A program made the translations under genes and the position numbers. From Octopus bimaculoides (lineage: Eukaryota), in the NCBI RefSeq assembly GCF_001194135.2, contig NC_068998.1, forward strand, positions 685,004 through 749,003: 64,000 nt of DNA, written 5' to 3'. Positions 26,366-39,876 of this stretch are shown piece by piece (the first letter of the stretch is position 1; every line of letters starts with the position of its first letter). A model generated the notes under the pieces. The model was given only the letters and a program-made list of their open reading frames with translations. It did no database searches and was not told where the DNA came from.

Positions 26366-27179
26366 GAATTGAGAAGCAAAAGTTGTCCAAGTTGCAAGTG
26401 TAATTCAGTAGGAAATACTAAAGATTACACACACTCCAATCACTGTATCATGGTCCATACTATTTACGAATGGTGGGGAAATAAATCAAAGAAACCAAAC
26501 AGATTAAGGCAACATGTTGCAAATGGCCAAACGTTCATGATACCCTTCTGTATCATGAATTTTTTACAGTGAGGGATGGATGGGTTGGCTGATTCCCCTA
26601 ACAAGGTACAGGGCTATCACAGGAGCAGACCCACAGGCAACCCGTGAGTTTCAGGCACATAGCTGCACCATGCAGAGTGACAATATCCTGAGGTCTATCA
26701 TTATACTCCATAGTTACATCACTACTATACCTATAATTCTTGAGAGCTAACTTTAAGTTAGGCGTTCGCAATAAATCTAATCCTATCACTTATAACCCTC
26801 CACCTTACTGAAGACAGAATATAGTAATATTGTTAATTGCTGCAGAATCACAGAACCGGTTTCAATTCCTGGTTCTTGCCATTACATTAAACTGAGAAAG
26901 TCATATATGCTTTCATTTTCACTCCTCTTCACACAGAGATCAATAACTGGTCAATAAGATTGGTCACCCATTAATAGATATCTAGTCACGGAGTTTCAAC
27001 TAATGAACTTTAGGCATGAAAGAGCTATCAATCTTCTTCATCACTCAAGCAAATATTAACCAGATTTGATCACATCAGCTTTTTCTCTCATGCCTTTCTT
27101 GAGTCTATCAAAAGTATTTAAATGCATGTGTGTGTGTTTAACTTGCTAACATATGTGTATGTATAAACTATCATGCTGG

Positions 27180-27218
<39 letters not shown>

Positions 27219-27285
27219 CCTTGCTGAACATTTATGATGTATGTTCATGTGTAACTATTTATATGTGATTTATTCCATTTTGCAG

Positions 27286-27462
27286 GATGGAAGTTTAGAA
27301 CGGCTAGCAAGAGAAAGCGAGCTTCTTGAAAAAGCTTATGGACATTACTTTGACATGAAAATAGTAAATAATGACATTGAAGAAACTATTCAAAGTCTTG
27401 AACTAGCCATTAAGGATATATCTGTAACGGCACAGTGGGTCCCAGTTAGTTGGGTCTACTGA
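27286..27462 (+). CDS. CASK: CASK terminal coding exon ([35 protein letters not shown]...QWVPVSWVY*)
   Basis: TTTTGCAG acceptor, phase 0, stop TGA at 27460-27462. The [10 protein letters not shown]-terminus is typical of CASK/MPP1. Confidence 0.97.
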   Translation, partial: DGSLERLARESELLEKAYGHYFDMKIVNNDIEETIQSLELAIKDISVTAQWVPVSWVY

Positions 27463-27479
27463 GAGATATATAACTGGAC

Positions 27480-27740
27480 AATAAAACAAAACTCTGAACT
27501 TGCTAACTGCCTCCTTCACTCGCAACCAAACATTCTTCAGATTTTTTGCTGCAACGAAACTATCAGCATTTTCTCTGATAACTTTACCTATCAAACCCAC
27601 TTTCCCATCAAACTGTGAACAAAATCTGGTCCTTACAATACGAAACAAAGATCAGAAATCAGTTTTGTTTGTTTTTAATTTTTGGTTTGTTATAATTATT
27701 AAACAAAATTTTTAAAAATCATATAAAAAATAAAAATAAA
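27480..27740 (+). promoter_or_regulatory. Candidate proximal polyadenylation signals of CASK (AATAAA at 27480, 27729, 27735)
   Basis: Hexamers lie downstream of the stop codon, but the region is A-rich so chance occurrence is likely. Confidence 0.3.
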
Positions 27741-29368
27741 ACAACTACACAGAAAAAGAAACTCATGGCAGATAAAAAGAGGGAAAAAAAAAAGTAATAT
27801 TTTATCTGTTTTCTTACCTGATGGCATGGTTTTATCTGAGGTGTAGCGCCTTGATCCTGTTGACAAAGGAATATTACCCTCATCTCCCTGTTTTGTCAAT
27901 TAATAATAAATACAAGGAAAGAAAGGCACAAGAAGAAGAAGAAGAAGAAGAAGAAGAAGAAGAAAGGAAGAAAATGAAACATTAATTACATTTCAACAAA
28001 AATGTGAAATGATAATTCTGGGAATGATTCTGAAAAACGAGACCAAACAAAGAACTAAATTTCATTCTTCATCCATATGGCTCAACCTTTCAACAACCAA
28101 TCAATCAATTTGCTGAGCTTACCTCTATATTTTGCAGCAGAGAGTGCAATTCAAATTTTTTTTTTTTCTTCAGTGTGTGTGTGGTTTTTAACATTTTTTT
28201 TTTATCAAAGGTTTGTGAAGAACAACAACAAGAACAAAAACAATTATCACAACTCAAAAAAACAAAACAAAAATTATTTTTTTCTAACCTTATCTGTGGT
28301 TTGTATTAACAGATTTCTTCTCAACAAGTAGCTTGACACATCTTTAGCATCTGTTTAGTAAATATACAAACATATACACACATATATAAATATAGACATA
28401 TACATACACAGAAGCACAATATGTGTTATGTACATATGTATATAATCTATAAATGCATATAAATATATAGATAAGCGTATAAATTTGTATACATACAGAC
28501 TACATACATTTATATATATATATACATACACACATACACATTATATTTACATATACATATTATATAATAAACAATTTTCTAACTATGTTTTTTTTTATCA
28601 AAAACATTTCATCTGTGTATCAGACTATTTTATTTGGACCAAACTTCCAAAATCCATTTTCATCAGCGTTTCCAGGTTATCTCCAGCACATCTTCAGGAT
28701 GTGGGTTCTGTACAGCCCTTTATAGAGTTGACAGCTTGTTTACATAGATTTTCCCTGCCAGAATTTTACTGTTAGCATATTCAAGCCCTAGATCTCTCGA
28801 TCTGTGTTTATGATGTATGTGTATGCTGTTTGATAATTGCAGCCTTGTGTGGTGGCTATATTAGTATTGCCCCCATGATCAATTGTCTGTTTCTGTGTGG
28901 AGGAAATATTTTCTGTTAATATCTTCCTGTAGAGCTAATATTGCAACACAACACTACAAATAACATTCAACATACATCACAAGTGAAGACCTGATGGTGT
29001 GGAACTTGAACACTCAGTCAAATTCTTGTGGCATAACCATAAGCCGTCTATCAATGAAACAAGCATTACAAAACCCACCATGCTTCCACATCCTGAAGAC
29101 GATGTTCAGATGGCCTAGAAACATTGCTAAAGATAAATTTGGGAGATCTATTACTCCAAATTGTAAAGGTTTGATACACAGATATGAGAAAAAAATGTTA
29201 ATAAAGATTAAATTGCAACATAGTTATGTTCCCAATAAATGTTTAAAAGAAAAGTTGTTTCCCATTCATACAAACATATAGACAGATGCATATGTGTGCA
29301 ATGTGTGAGTGCATGTATGTATATCATACATACATATATGTACAAGTCTTGTAGAATATGTATGTATA

Positions 29369-29414
<46 letters not shown>

Positions 29415-31020
29415 TAAGCACACACACACAATATATATATATACTATATAGATATATAAATAGAATTTTAATATCTCATAGGAAAAATAAATCCATTATC
29501 CATATTCACACTAAAGCAAAAGAAAAACAAAAATTAATTTAAAAAAATAATATAAAATAAAATAATGGGCGATGCCACATCATAAAATTACCAATATCAC
29601 TTGTGAAAGAACAATTGTGATATTGAAGTAATTTTATCTCAAACTGTTAACCCTGCATGATTCTCCAAACTGGGAAATGTGCAGAGATCTCTTTCAACCC
29701 TTCTCACATCTTTCTATAATTCGCTCTTTTTTAAGATTCTTCTTTCAAAAATTCCACTTTTAATTCTCTCAAAATTGCTCTCTTATTTAACTCACAGCAA
29801 TATAACATCCATACATTTTACCAAATCTGCTCTTGTTGGGGTGGCGGGATAAGGTGAGAGGAGAGGGGTGAGATTAATAGTGTAAAAAAAAAAAAGCGAA
29901 AAAAAAACTTGTTCTAAATCTCACTCTTGTAAACTTTCATCTTCTGTCATTTCTCTTTTAAAATTAATTAATGTTTTTCAAATTGAAAAATCTTTATATT
30001 AATAATAATATGACAGGTTTCTGAACAGACAAAAAAACAAAACAAAAAAAGTCATTTCTTTCTTTCTTTCCTTTCTTTCTTTCTCAGGATTATGGAGATT
30101 TTTCTCTCTTTCACTTCCATTGTTTGTTTTTTGTTTGTTTGTTTGTTTTTACACAACTGTAAACAAATTTTGTAGAGAGTTTCATAGAACGAGAAGTTAT
30201 ACCCCTCCCAGGAAATGGAACCCACAGCCTGATCTTGATTCCTGGTTTCAAAAGATTCTTTCCTTACACCACTAATACTCCAAAAAAGTATGAAGACCAC
30301 AACATCCCACTCTCCACTCCCTTAAATGTATCTGGCTCTTGTGCCTAGTAAAAAGAGACTTTTTTTTTTTTTTTAAAGAGAAATAAGTAAATTATACAAA
30401 TACGACTTATTTTTTAATATGATCAATTTAACATTTGTAAAATGAATTAGGCTTTTCAGGTGGTTTGAAAAATTTTCGTAATCTAGATTCTTTATTATAC
30501 AAATACACTGATGCGCTTGTGTGTGCATGAAATTTCAAACAGACAAAAAATATTTCAGTTGGTAAATTACAACTAAAAGAATTTGGAACTAAGATATTTA
30601 GCTTTTGTCAACTTCTACTTTTTAACTGAGAGAAATTCAGTAGAAATTGTATATTTCAGAAAAGTGAATTAAAAGAAGACAAAACCAATTGTTTCTGCGA
30701 GTAAAGATCAGCTAATGGCACTCCTTATCTGACAATTACTCACATGAAACATAAACACTGAAGAACTGAGTGAACTTCAGACGATCTTTAATTAGTGTTA
30801 ATGACTTCGTAAAAGACTTTTCGTTCTTCAATTTATCTGTAGCAAATTATTCTGGCAGACCTCATCTGTCTACCATGTGAGTGGCAGAATTTGAATTCAC
30901 CTCCACAAACTAACAATTCATCAGTTGTCCAGTACTCTCGCTGCTTAAAGGAGTCCATGTTTACAATTGTGTTTAGGGCCTGAATTGCAGTGATAAGGTT
31001 AGATTGAGAACTGTTGAGTG

Positions 31021-31053
31021 GGGTTAGGGTTAGGGTTAGGGTTAGGGTTAGGG
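31021..31053 (+). repeat. Interstitial telomeric repeat GGG(TTAGGG)5
   Basis: Five perfect TTAGGG units at 31024-31053. Confidence 0.9.
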
Positions 31054-31849
31054 TCACTGAGTGTTAAGCAGCATCCTACCTACAAGATTTGTGTAGTGCT
31101 CAATCAACAGACACTGATGACCAAGGCCCTGATGACCAACACAGGCCAGGGCTCGATCAACCGGGATTTTTGAAGTCCTATCAAATAAGACTTGAGAAGA
31201 ATTCTTTCAATAGAGAATCTTGTTCAAGACCCTATCAGTTAGCTCACCTACAACCCTGTATAACCAGATTAGTGGATTATAAATAAATAAGACTACTTGG
31301 TTTCAAAGTTTTGAATTGGTCAGTTCATCTAACATGTATTTTGTATTCTGACTGATAGAAATAAAACAACACATTCTACAAGACCAAACAAGTGGTGGAG
31401 ATGATATACTCTTGCTAAGAATGTTGTGTAAATGACTGTTTACAGCCAGGGTGGTGTGAGCTTCAATACTTGCAGTCAGACATAAAACTCAATATTAATT
31501 ATAGAATGCTTCTCTAGAGCCAGTGACACAAGCGAGATATCAACAATGGGACGTGAACAAATAACTTTTCAGTCAGTACTCTAACATGCTACCAACTTAG
31601 CCAGCAGTAACTCTACACTTTCTGGGAGTGGGGAGGGAGTAATAGACATTTTTTGGCAGCTATCAGACATATACTGTTCACACTCAACACCACAAATCCA
31701 TCCCACCCTCTTTCATTTATTTATATTTTTCAATTTTATTTTTTATCATTTAGTTAAAAAAAAAAAAAGTGGAACAGATTTGCAGTGAAAATATTTTCAA
31801 TGTTTAGGGCACATATTTTCACTGTTATTATTATTTTTATTGCTCAAAT

Positions 31850-32350
31850 CTCAATGAGGTCAACTGCTTTTCGCCTGTTCAGGGGTTGATGAAAGTACCA
31901 GTCAAACACTGGAGTTGATATAATCAACTTAATCCCTCCTCCTAAAATCACTGGACTTATGTCAATATTTGAAATTATTATTATTAAGGTAGTAGATTGA
32001 TAAAACTATTAGCATACTGGGAAAAAATGCCTAGTGGTATTTCTTCCAACTCTTTATGTGCTGAATTCAGATCCCACCAAGGTCAACTTTATCTTTCATT
32101 CTTTCAGGATTGATGAAATAAAATATTAATTAAGTATTGAGGTTGATGAGAATGACTTAACCAACACCTCTTAATTAGGTGAGTCGGTGGAATCATTGGA
32201 GCATTGGAAGAATGCTTTGTGGAATTTTTTTCTGGTTTTTTATGCTGAGTTCACCATTGCTTTTCATCCCTCTAAGGTTGATAAAATAAAGTACCAGCCA
32301 AGTGCTGGGGATCAAGGGTATCAACTCACCCCTCCCCTAAAAATAATAGT
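31850..32350 (+). mobile_element. Three head-to-tail SINE family B copies
   Basis: TTTCATCC/TTTCGCC...GTTGAT(A/G)AAA...AAGTACCAG...GGG body recurs at about 31870, 32095 and 32265. Confidence 0.6.
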
Positions 32351-33739
32351 AGTAATAATTATTATTATTACTATTATTGTGTTAGCCAGGATTAGAGTTT
32401 TCGGGTACCAAGTGGTCAGAAAATATTGTATACATAAAATGAGGGACATGTTTGAGGTTTGGTAATGATTTACTGGTTTCAGGTTTCTTTTTTTTTTTTC
32501 TATATTTTGCTTTCTTTCTAAACTTCCTATTATATTTTGGGGGAATTTGAAAATCTTCGGAATTTGATTAATGGAATTTCAAACTTTATTGGTTCAAACA
32601 AAAAGGAATCCTGTTTCTAAACCATAAAACCATATTTATGATGGGAAGAACTATCACAATCAATCAAACCCACATTTCAAATATTATTATTGTTGTTGCT
32701 CTTAGTTACATTAAATTAATCTATTACTAATAAAAATGATAATGAAGGTGTGTGATAATAGGGAAGAAGGTGACACTTGGTATGGAAGGTTAATCTGCCT
32801 CAGGCTACTGGGCTGGCAGAAGTTTTGTACACACTTCATAGCCAAGTGATCAACAGAGTTAAGAACAGCTTTAGACAAAATTCCAAACCAAATTTCGATT
32901 TCGCTTGTCTTCAGTTGCTAAATCCTTGTACCATCAACATCACAACCTCCCATTTCTCCTCTAGATAAATCTTAGCATCGACCGACGAAATCATCATCCT
33001 CATCAGTTTCATTAACATGGTTACTTCACAGAAATGATGGGATACTTAACTAAGTATCTTGTCAAAGAATATAATTTCATTTCCTGATATTCTCAGTTCA
33101 AATTACACCAAAGTCAACATTTCATCCGATGCTCATAAATTTTAAGTACCAGTGACATACTGAGGGTTAGTTAAACTAACACTCCTTCCCTAAGACGTTG
33201 CTTTGTGCCAATGTTAGAAATCATCATCATCATCATTATGGTAAATGCCAATGAGAAGGCAATAAGCTCTTGCAGGACCAAGTCTGGAGTGAATTCACCT
33301 TTAGAATTAATACTGAGGAGAAAAACCCAGTTTGTTGTCCCAAACTCATCAACTCTACGTATTTGGGCTCGAGTAATTCCTTATTCTCCACAGAATTAAA
33401 GACAAAGTACTTAAAGAACTGCACCAGAGTTCCATCGCTACCAAGTTTCTGATGCTATCAAAATCGTTTCAATGTATCTTCAGGCAGTGCCCTTTGGCTG
33501 CAATCCTTTACGCATTTCGGAATTAAATGTGGAAAAGTATGCACTGTGCTCACTGGGGAAATGCCACCTTTAATGGCTGGACAGATACACTGCATATAAG
33601 ATGCATAAACATTCTTATATTACATACATAAACATTTATACTATATTTACTTCGATGTGAAACAATCCTGAACTTAGTGGGGGTGGGGGTGGAGCCAAAG
33701 GGGATGTTAATTTTCTCTCCAAAACTCCTTGGTCTACAA

Positions 33740-33750
33740 TATACACATAC

Positions 33751-33794
<44 letters not shown>

Positions 33795-34098
33795 GTACAC
33801 ATACATATATACATATATACACACATACATATATACACATACATATATACACATACATATATACACACATACACATACACACATATATACACATACATAT
33901 ATACACATACATATATACACACATACACATACATATATACACACATATATACACATATATACACATACATATATACACACATATATACACACATATATAC
34001 ACATACATATATACACTATGTATACATACAAACACTATATATACATACACACACACATATATATATACATACATATACACATATATACATACATATAT

Positions 34099-34131
<33 letters not shown>

Positions 34132-34249
34132 CATATACACACTACATAAACATCTGGTGGGCAACACGGCATTTGCCGTCACATCCAATACTGTGATGAT
34201 GTGATAGAATAAATACGATTACATATACATTTATGAAATAATGTTTGTC

Positions 34250-34305
<56 letters not shown>

Positions 34306-34310
34306 CATGA
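33740..34310. repeat. Complex (TA/CA)n low-complexity array
   Basis: ATATATACACACAT-type units. These generate the spurious YI/CV ORFs. Confidence 0.9.
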
Positions 34311-34625
34311 GACTGCAGTGTCAATGCCCTGTAGTGTTGTGCTCATGTATATCACTAGCAACGGAGGGAGCAGGGTTCTAGTTTCACTATTTCATTCCTC
34401 TCTATTCCTATTAATTTATCTATGATTGGTTTATCTCCTTTTTGCTTACCTCTGCGCCACTTTTTTTCTCTCTGTCAGTTTCAATATATGTTCTATGAAA
34501 ATCTAGTTCAATTACATATGCATACACACATCTATATATATACATATATAAAATATATACATATACATATATAAAATATAAATTGTCCACGTTAGTGGTC
34601 GACATTTTTTAAAAATATATAAAAT

Positions 34626-34680
<55 letters not shown>

Positions 34681-34721
34681 TTATTAATATTTAGAAGTAA
34701 CAGAATGACTCAATGTCCATA

Positions 34722-34757
<36 letters not shown>

Positions 34758-35179
34758 TATATATGGTAAGAAGGAAAGAAAAATGTTTAAATAAAAAAAA
34801 AAAAAGAGATTCCCTCCTTCTCATTCTATGTATTACTCTATTATTTAACTGGTTCCAGCCAGAGGGCTGTGGCCATGCTGGGGCACCGCCATTAGTTGGT
34901 TTCTTTCACAATTTGGTGCTAATTTTTAATAAAGCATTTTATTGGTTACAATATTAAAAAAAAAATAAAGAAAAAATCAAAATACAAAACATCTGTAATG
35001 ATAATAAAAAAAAAAAAATCCCCTTTCAAGACATTTTAAAGAATTTCAGACCCTTTCCAACATTCCCTGTCTTCCTTGCCATATTGGGTAGTTTTTTCTT
35101 TTTTTGTGTTGTTTTTTTTGTTTTTGTTATTTTACCTTCCTAATTAAGTTGGTTTGCATATATGTGTGTATGTGAAAGG

Positions 35180-35211
<32 letters not shown>

Positions 35212-37030
35212 AAGGGAGAGAGAAAGAGAGAGAGAGGGGAGGTTGTTTGTGTTTCTGAAGTAAGTCTTCAACTGTCAAACAATAGAAACACTTCCAAAAA
35301 AAATAAAATATAAACAGATATTTAAAAAAAAACTCACTTTGGTCTTGTAAATATATAAAAGAATATTTCAACACAAACATGCAAAAAAGATAATTAACTT
35401 TAATGGTTTTTAAAAATTAATAAAATTATATTAACCACCCACCCCCTCATATTGGTATTATGTAAGATTCATGATCTTTAACTAGGAAAATGGAATTGTT
35501 TCTTCTAAGAAGTATTGAATAAATAATCCACCTGAAATTTAACAGAATAATCCCTCTCCATCTTTGAAATAAAAGATGGACTAGTCTAAGTTCGAAACCA
35601 AAAGGACACTGTCTCTCTCTCTAATGGAAATTTAGATGTTTTGAGGTTTCTTTTTAAAAGTTAAAGGAAGTAGTATCAGTGACCTTTGCCGATCCTCTCG
35701 GGCAGGTGAGATTCAGGTGGCAAATGTTAAACTTTGCTAAAATCAGGTGGTGTGTAAGTCCTGCTTGGGAAGTGATTTGTCATCTATGTACAAAAGACAA
35801 GGTATTTAGGGCTATACAACTGAACAAGTGTGCCAGTGAGGGAGTTGAGTTGTTGCTGAACTACTCATTGAACAATAAGGGAGTATCCATCTAGTTGAAC
35901 TACTTAGTGAATAATGAAGGAGTACCTATGTAAGTTGCTTCAACTATTCAAGGAAACATTCTAGGAGTATCTGTTTCATTCCAAAAATAAGAAATCCATA
36001 TGAGAAAACCTTGGAGATTAGATCAATACTGTGGTGGCCCTGACAGGTGTCACATTGAATAACTCAAGGTGATCTCAACAACACAGTCGGATTGATTATG
36101 GCTTAGCCTAATACTGTGGTAGTCCAAAAACCACAACATAGCTTTGCAGTTGACTAAAATAAAGCAAAACACTTGATGGTAAATCAATCTTTGAGCAATG
36201 TTCCACTCAAAGTTTCCTGATCAATCATGGAAACGGCTAGGAGCATGTATTACACTCTTAGTCGAGTATTTACTAACACTGAGTATTGGTGGTGATAGTG
36301 AGTTTTGTAATCATTAGGGCACCTTTGACCATTCCATTGACCCCTCTAGTATGTCTAGAGGGTATCATTCTTGCCTGGCAGAGCCTAGATTTTTTGCAAG
36401 CTCTACCACAAGTTGAACTCTGCAAATTCTATTATACTCCTACTACTTACAAATGATGAGGTGCACCACTTCATATTTACATCCCATTGTACTAAGGTGG
36501 GGTAGCTACTTTATTCTAGGGGTTTAAGTCAATGTGAAATACAGTAATGGTTATAGTATATAAATCAACAGTAGTTGTACATTGTCTAAACCCTGCTGTG
36601 AGTCTTCAAATATAAATAAATAGTCTTATTGTAAAAAAGACAGTTTCATTCCTTAATAATTCTCACCAATTCTAAGAAATCCTTAATATTTCTACAGTTT
36701 TTGTTATTCAAAATTTTTTCCTTTATCAATTTTTGCATAAATTTCTCCTTTTCTCAATTCTAACTACTTCTGTTTTTTCTAATTTTTATTTTCTATACTT
36801 GTTCCTGTTTTTTTTTTTATGCAGAATGGAAGACAAATATTTTTCCCTCTTTTAAAATTGGAATAAAAGTAAGAAAACGAAGATAGGTAGAAATGGTAAA
36901 AGATTGATGGAGGATATATTTAAGTCAAAAATTTAAGCAAAATCAATAAAAATAAACAACAAAATTACATAAATCGAAAACAAAGCAAAAAAAAAAAAAA
37001 AGACAGAAATTGGATTGTGAGAGTGAAAAA

Positions 37031-37272
37031 TCAACTTTGATAGAGGTAATTCATCATTTCAACACTACTCCCCAAACATCAACATTGATACTCCTCCAAA
37101 TATCAGTGTTGTTATTCTCTGAACATCAATGTTGATAGAGGAACTCATCATTTCAATAATGCTCCCCAAACAATGTTGATACTCCCCAAACATCAATGTT
37201 GATAGAGGTACTCGTCATTTCAACAATCCTCCCTAACAACATCAATGTTGATTCACCTCAAACATCAATGTC
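37031..37272 (+). repeat. Composite tandem repeat of two interleaved modules
   Basis: TGATAGAGG.A.TC.TCATTTCAA occurs 3 times, interleaved with TGTTGATACTCCCCAAACATCAA-like units. Confidence 0.75.
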
Positions 37273-37539
37273 TAATAGTCATTCTTTTTTTTTTTTTTTT
37301 TCGGGTTCTGTTATTTGGTCAGCTTTTTTCTGACAATAAAGATTATTAAAAAATATATTTTTGTTGTAACTTATTTATCTTGTTTCTCAAGTAAATGCCT
37401 ATCATCATCATCATCACTATTATTGTTACACTCATCATCATCATTGCTGTTCACCCACCCGCTTATGAACAGTGAACTCAATCACAATGATATAGCTGAT
37501 ATCAGTAGTAGTAGTAGTAGTAGTAGTAGTAAATTCTGA

Positions 37540-38380
37540 TTTTTTTTAGCCACTGTTCTGAAGATTAATCCCTTAACTGTCACAAGGAGATACATTGATA
37601 TAGAAGTCAGGGAAATGAGTGTGTATTGGGTAGGAGCAAACAGAGGTTGCAGGTCAGGTATGGTTGCAGATTTCTTGACCAGAATATCATGTAAGATGGG
37701 AACAGTGGTGGGAGATAAAGATAAATTGTGAAGGGTGATGTAATTGTGAATGGGGGGGGGGAAGAGAATACAACTGATGGGGAGTTGGGTGCTGGGCAGA
37801 AGGGAGATCGTACGTTTAATAGCATGGACTTGCAAAAGGACAGTTTCATTAGTGGTTTAAGGTGTCCCAAGAAAGGGAGAAGTGGTATATTTTGGTGGAA
37901 CATAGTTTCATATTGACAGTCTCTGTTAGAGACGAAATGGAGGGGTGAAGGAAATAGTGGTTTTGGTGGAAAGGGGTAGGGGTAAGATAAAAGTGGAGCT
38001 GGTTGGTTTGTAAAAGGGTGAGCTGGAGAAGTAGATAATATTAAAACTATAACTCAATGGCATTCTTTAACATTGCAAAACCTTGATGAAATATCAATGG
38101 CAAAAGAGTGGAATGAATATAATTAAGGTTTGGTCTTATCAAAGGTGAGTGAAGTTAAGTTTCATTTTCTTTAAATGTAAGAATCGTTAATAATTCTAAG
38201 CAATAAATCAATGGAGGTGGGAGGTGGGAGGAGGAGGAGAGAGCTTCCAGGATTGGTGGGATCAATAGAATTGATGTTTGGTTTGAAATGTTGAAGGTCA
38301 ATGACTGAAGGAATTACAGAGACAAGGAAGGTGTTCTGGGAGGAAACTTTGGATAAAGTGTTTAATGTAGGAAATGGAAA
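37540..38380 (-). mobile_element. Highly degenerate Penelope-like retroelement relic
   Basis: Minus strand has vestiges in the expected order: LNFT, YKPTSS, F-RL.RLS, ILHDILV and CNLC, resembling the Penelope RT thumb, linker and Cys motif. Many stops. Confidence 0.4.
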
Positions 38381-39042
38381 GTGATTGGAAGAACGAGAAA
38401 CATGTCAAAAAAAAAAAAAAAAAGAGAAAGGCAAATGCAATTAACTGCTTTAAAGGAGCAGAGGTTGTTATAAGTAGACTAACACCTCAACCCTGATGGC
38501 CACCGTGTCATCGTATGGCAATAGTAGCTATTATATTCTATAGAATGCAGGTGACAGAAGCCTTCAATTGATCAATAACCACAACTAAAATATATATCAA
38601 ATAGGATTGTAATAATTCTATTAGGGAAGTTCATTTAGTGAGACTATCACAATAAATTTGGTTGTCTATTGATGTCATTAGAGGCAAGCAATCATAAAAG
38701 CAAGAGACACCACTTGGAATCTTTCCTATTTTAGTCTGTAGAATAATTAAATCCAGAATGACTGCAAGAGGCTCCAACAAGTCCACTGAAGTGTTGACTT
38801 TGTTGTTACTGTTGTTGTATATTAAATTATACAAAGCTATACGAACACAATTACTGAATCACTGAAGCTGTAGAAAATTTCCTAAGACTGTTATACTCAG
38901 AAGATGCTTTCAGTTCATTTATTTAATTTCATTTACGAGGTCACCTATTTCTAATTGACTTTTTAATTTGGTTCCTCTTTCCTCTGTGGGTATGATATAC
39001 ATATATACATACATATGTGTGTGTGTGTGTATACATACATGC

Positions 39043-39085
<43 letters not shown>

Positions 39086-39149
39086 TTTATTCAAATATAT
39101 ACATATACGTATATATACACACATATAAATAGACATATATATATATATA

Positions 39150-39843
39150 TATCCAAACATATATATATATATATGCAAACATATATATATATATATGCAA
39201 ACATATATATATATATATATGCAAACATATATATATATATATGCAAACATATATATATATATATGCAAACATATATATATATATATGCAAACATATATAT
39301 ATANNNNNNNNNNNNNNNNNNNNNNNNNNNNNNNNNNNNNNNNNNNNNNNNNNNNNNNNNNNNNNNNNNNNNNNNNNNNNNNNNNNNNNNNNNNNNNNNN
39401 NNNNNNNNNNNNNNNNNNNNNNNNNNNNNNNNNNNNNNNNNNNNNNNNNNNNNNNNNNNNNNNNNNNNNNNNNNNNNNNNNNNNNNNNNNNNNNNNNNNN
39501 NNNNNNNNNNNNNNNNNNNNNNNNNNNNNNNNNNNNNNNNNNNNNNNNNNNNNNNNNNNNNNNNNNNNNNNNNNNNNNNNNNNNNNNNNNNNNNNNNNNN
39601 NNNNNNNNNNNNNNNNNNNNNNNNNNNNNNNNNNNNNNNNNNNNNNNNNNNNNNNNNNNNNNNNNNNNNNNNNNNNNNNNNNNNNNNNNNNNNNNNNNNN
39701 NNNNNNNNNNNNNNNNNNNNNNNNNNNNNNNNNNNNNNNNNNNNNNNNNNNNNNNNNNNNNNNATATATATATATATGCAAACATATATATATATATGCA
39801 AACATATATATATATATGCAAACATATATATATATATGCAAAC

Positions 39844-39870
<27 letters not shown>
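39150..39870. repeat. Minisatellite GCAAAC(AT)7-8 spanning an N gap
   Basis: The same unit is seen on both sides of the gap at 39304-39763. Confidence 0.85.

Positions 39871-39876
<6 letters not shown>

Noticed and set aside
33240-33600. Complex, exon-like island between repeats
   Set aside because: Stops in all frames after the best acceptor and no recognisable homology.
33550-34361. Long YI/CV/HT-rich ORFs on both strands
   Set aside because: Translation of TA/CA microsatellites.
37031-37272. CRISPR-like repeat array
   Set aside because: Eukaryotic context, spacers are not unique, and no cas genes; treated as a minisatellite.
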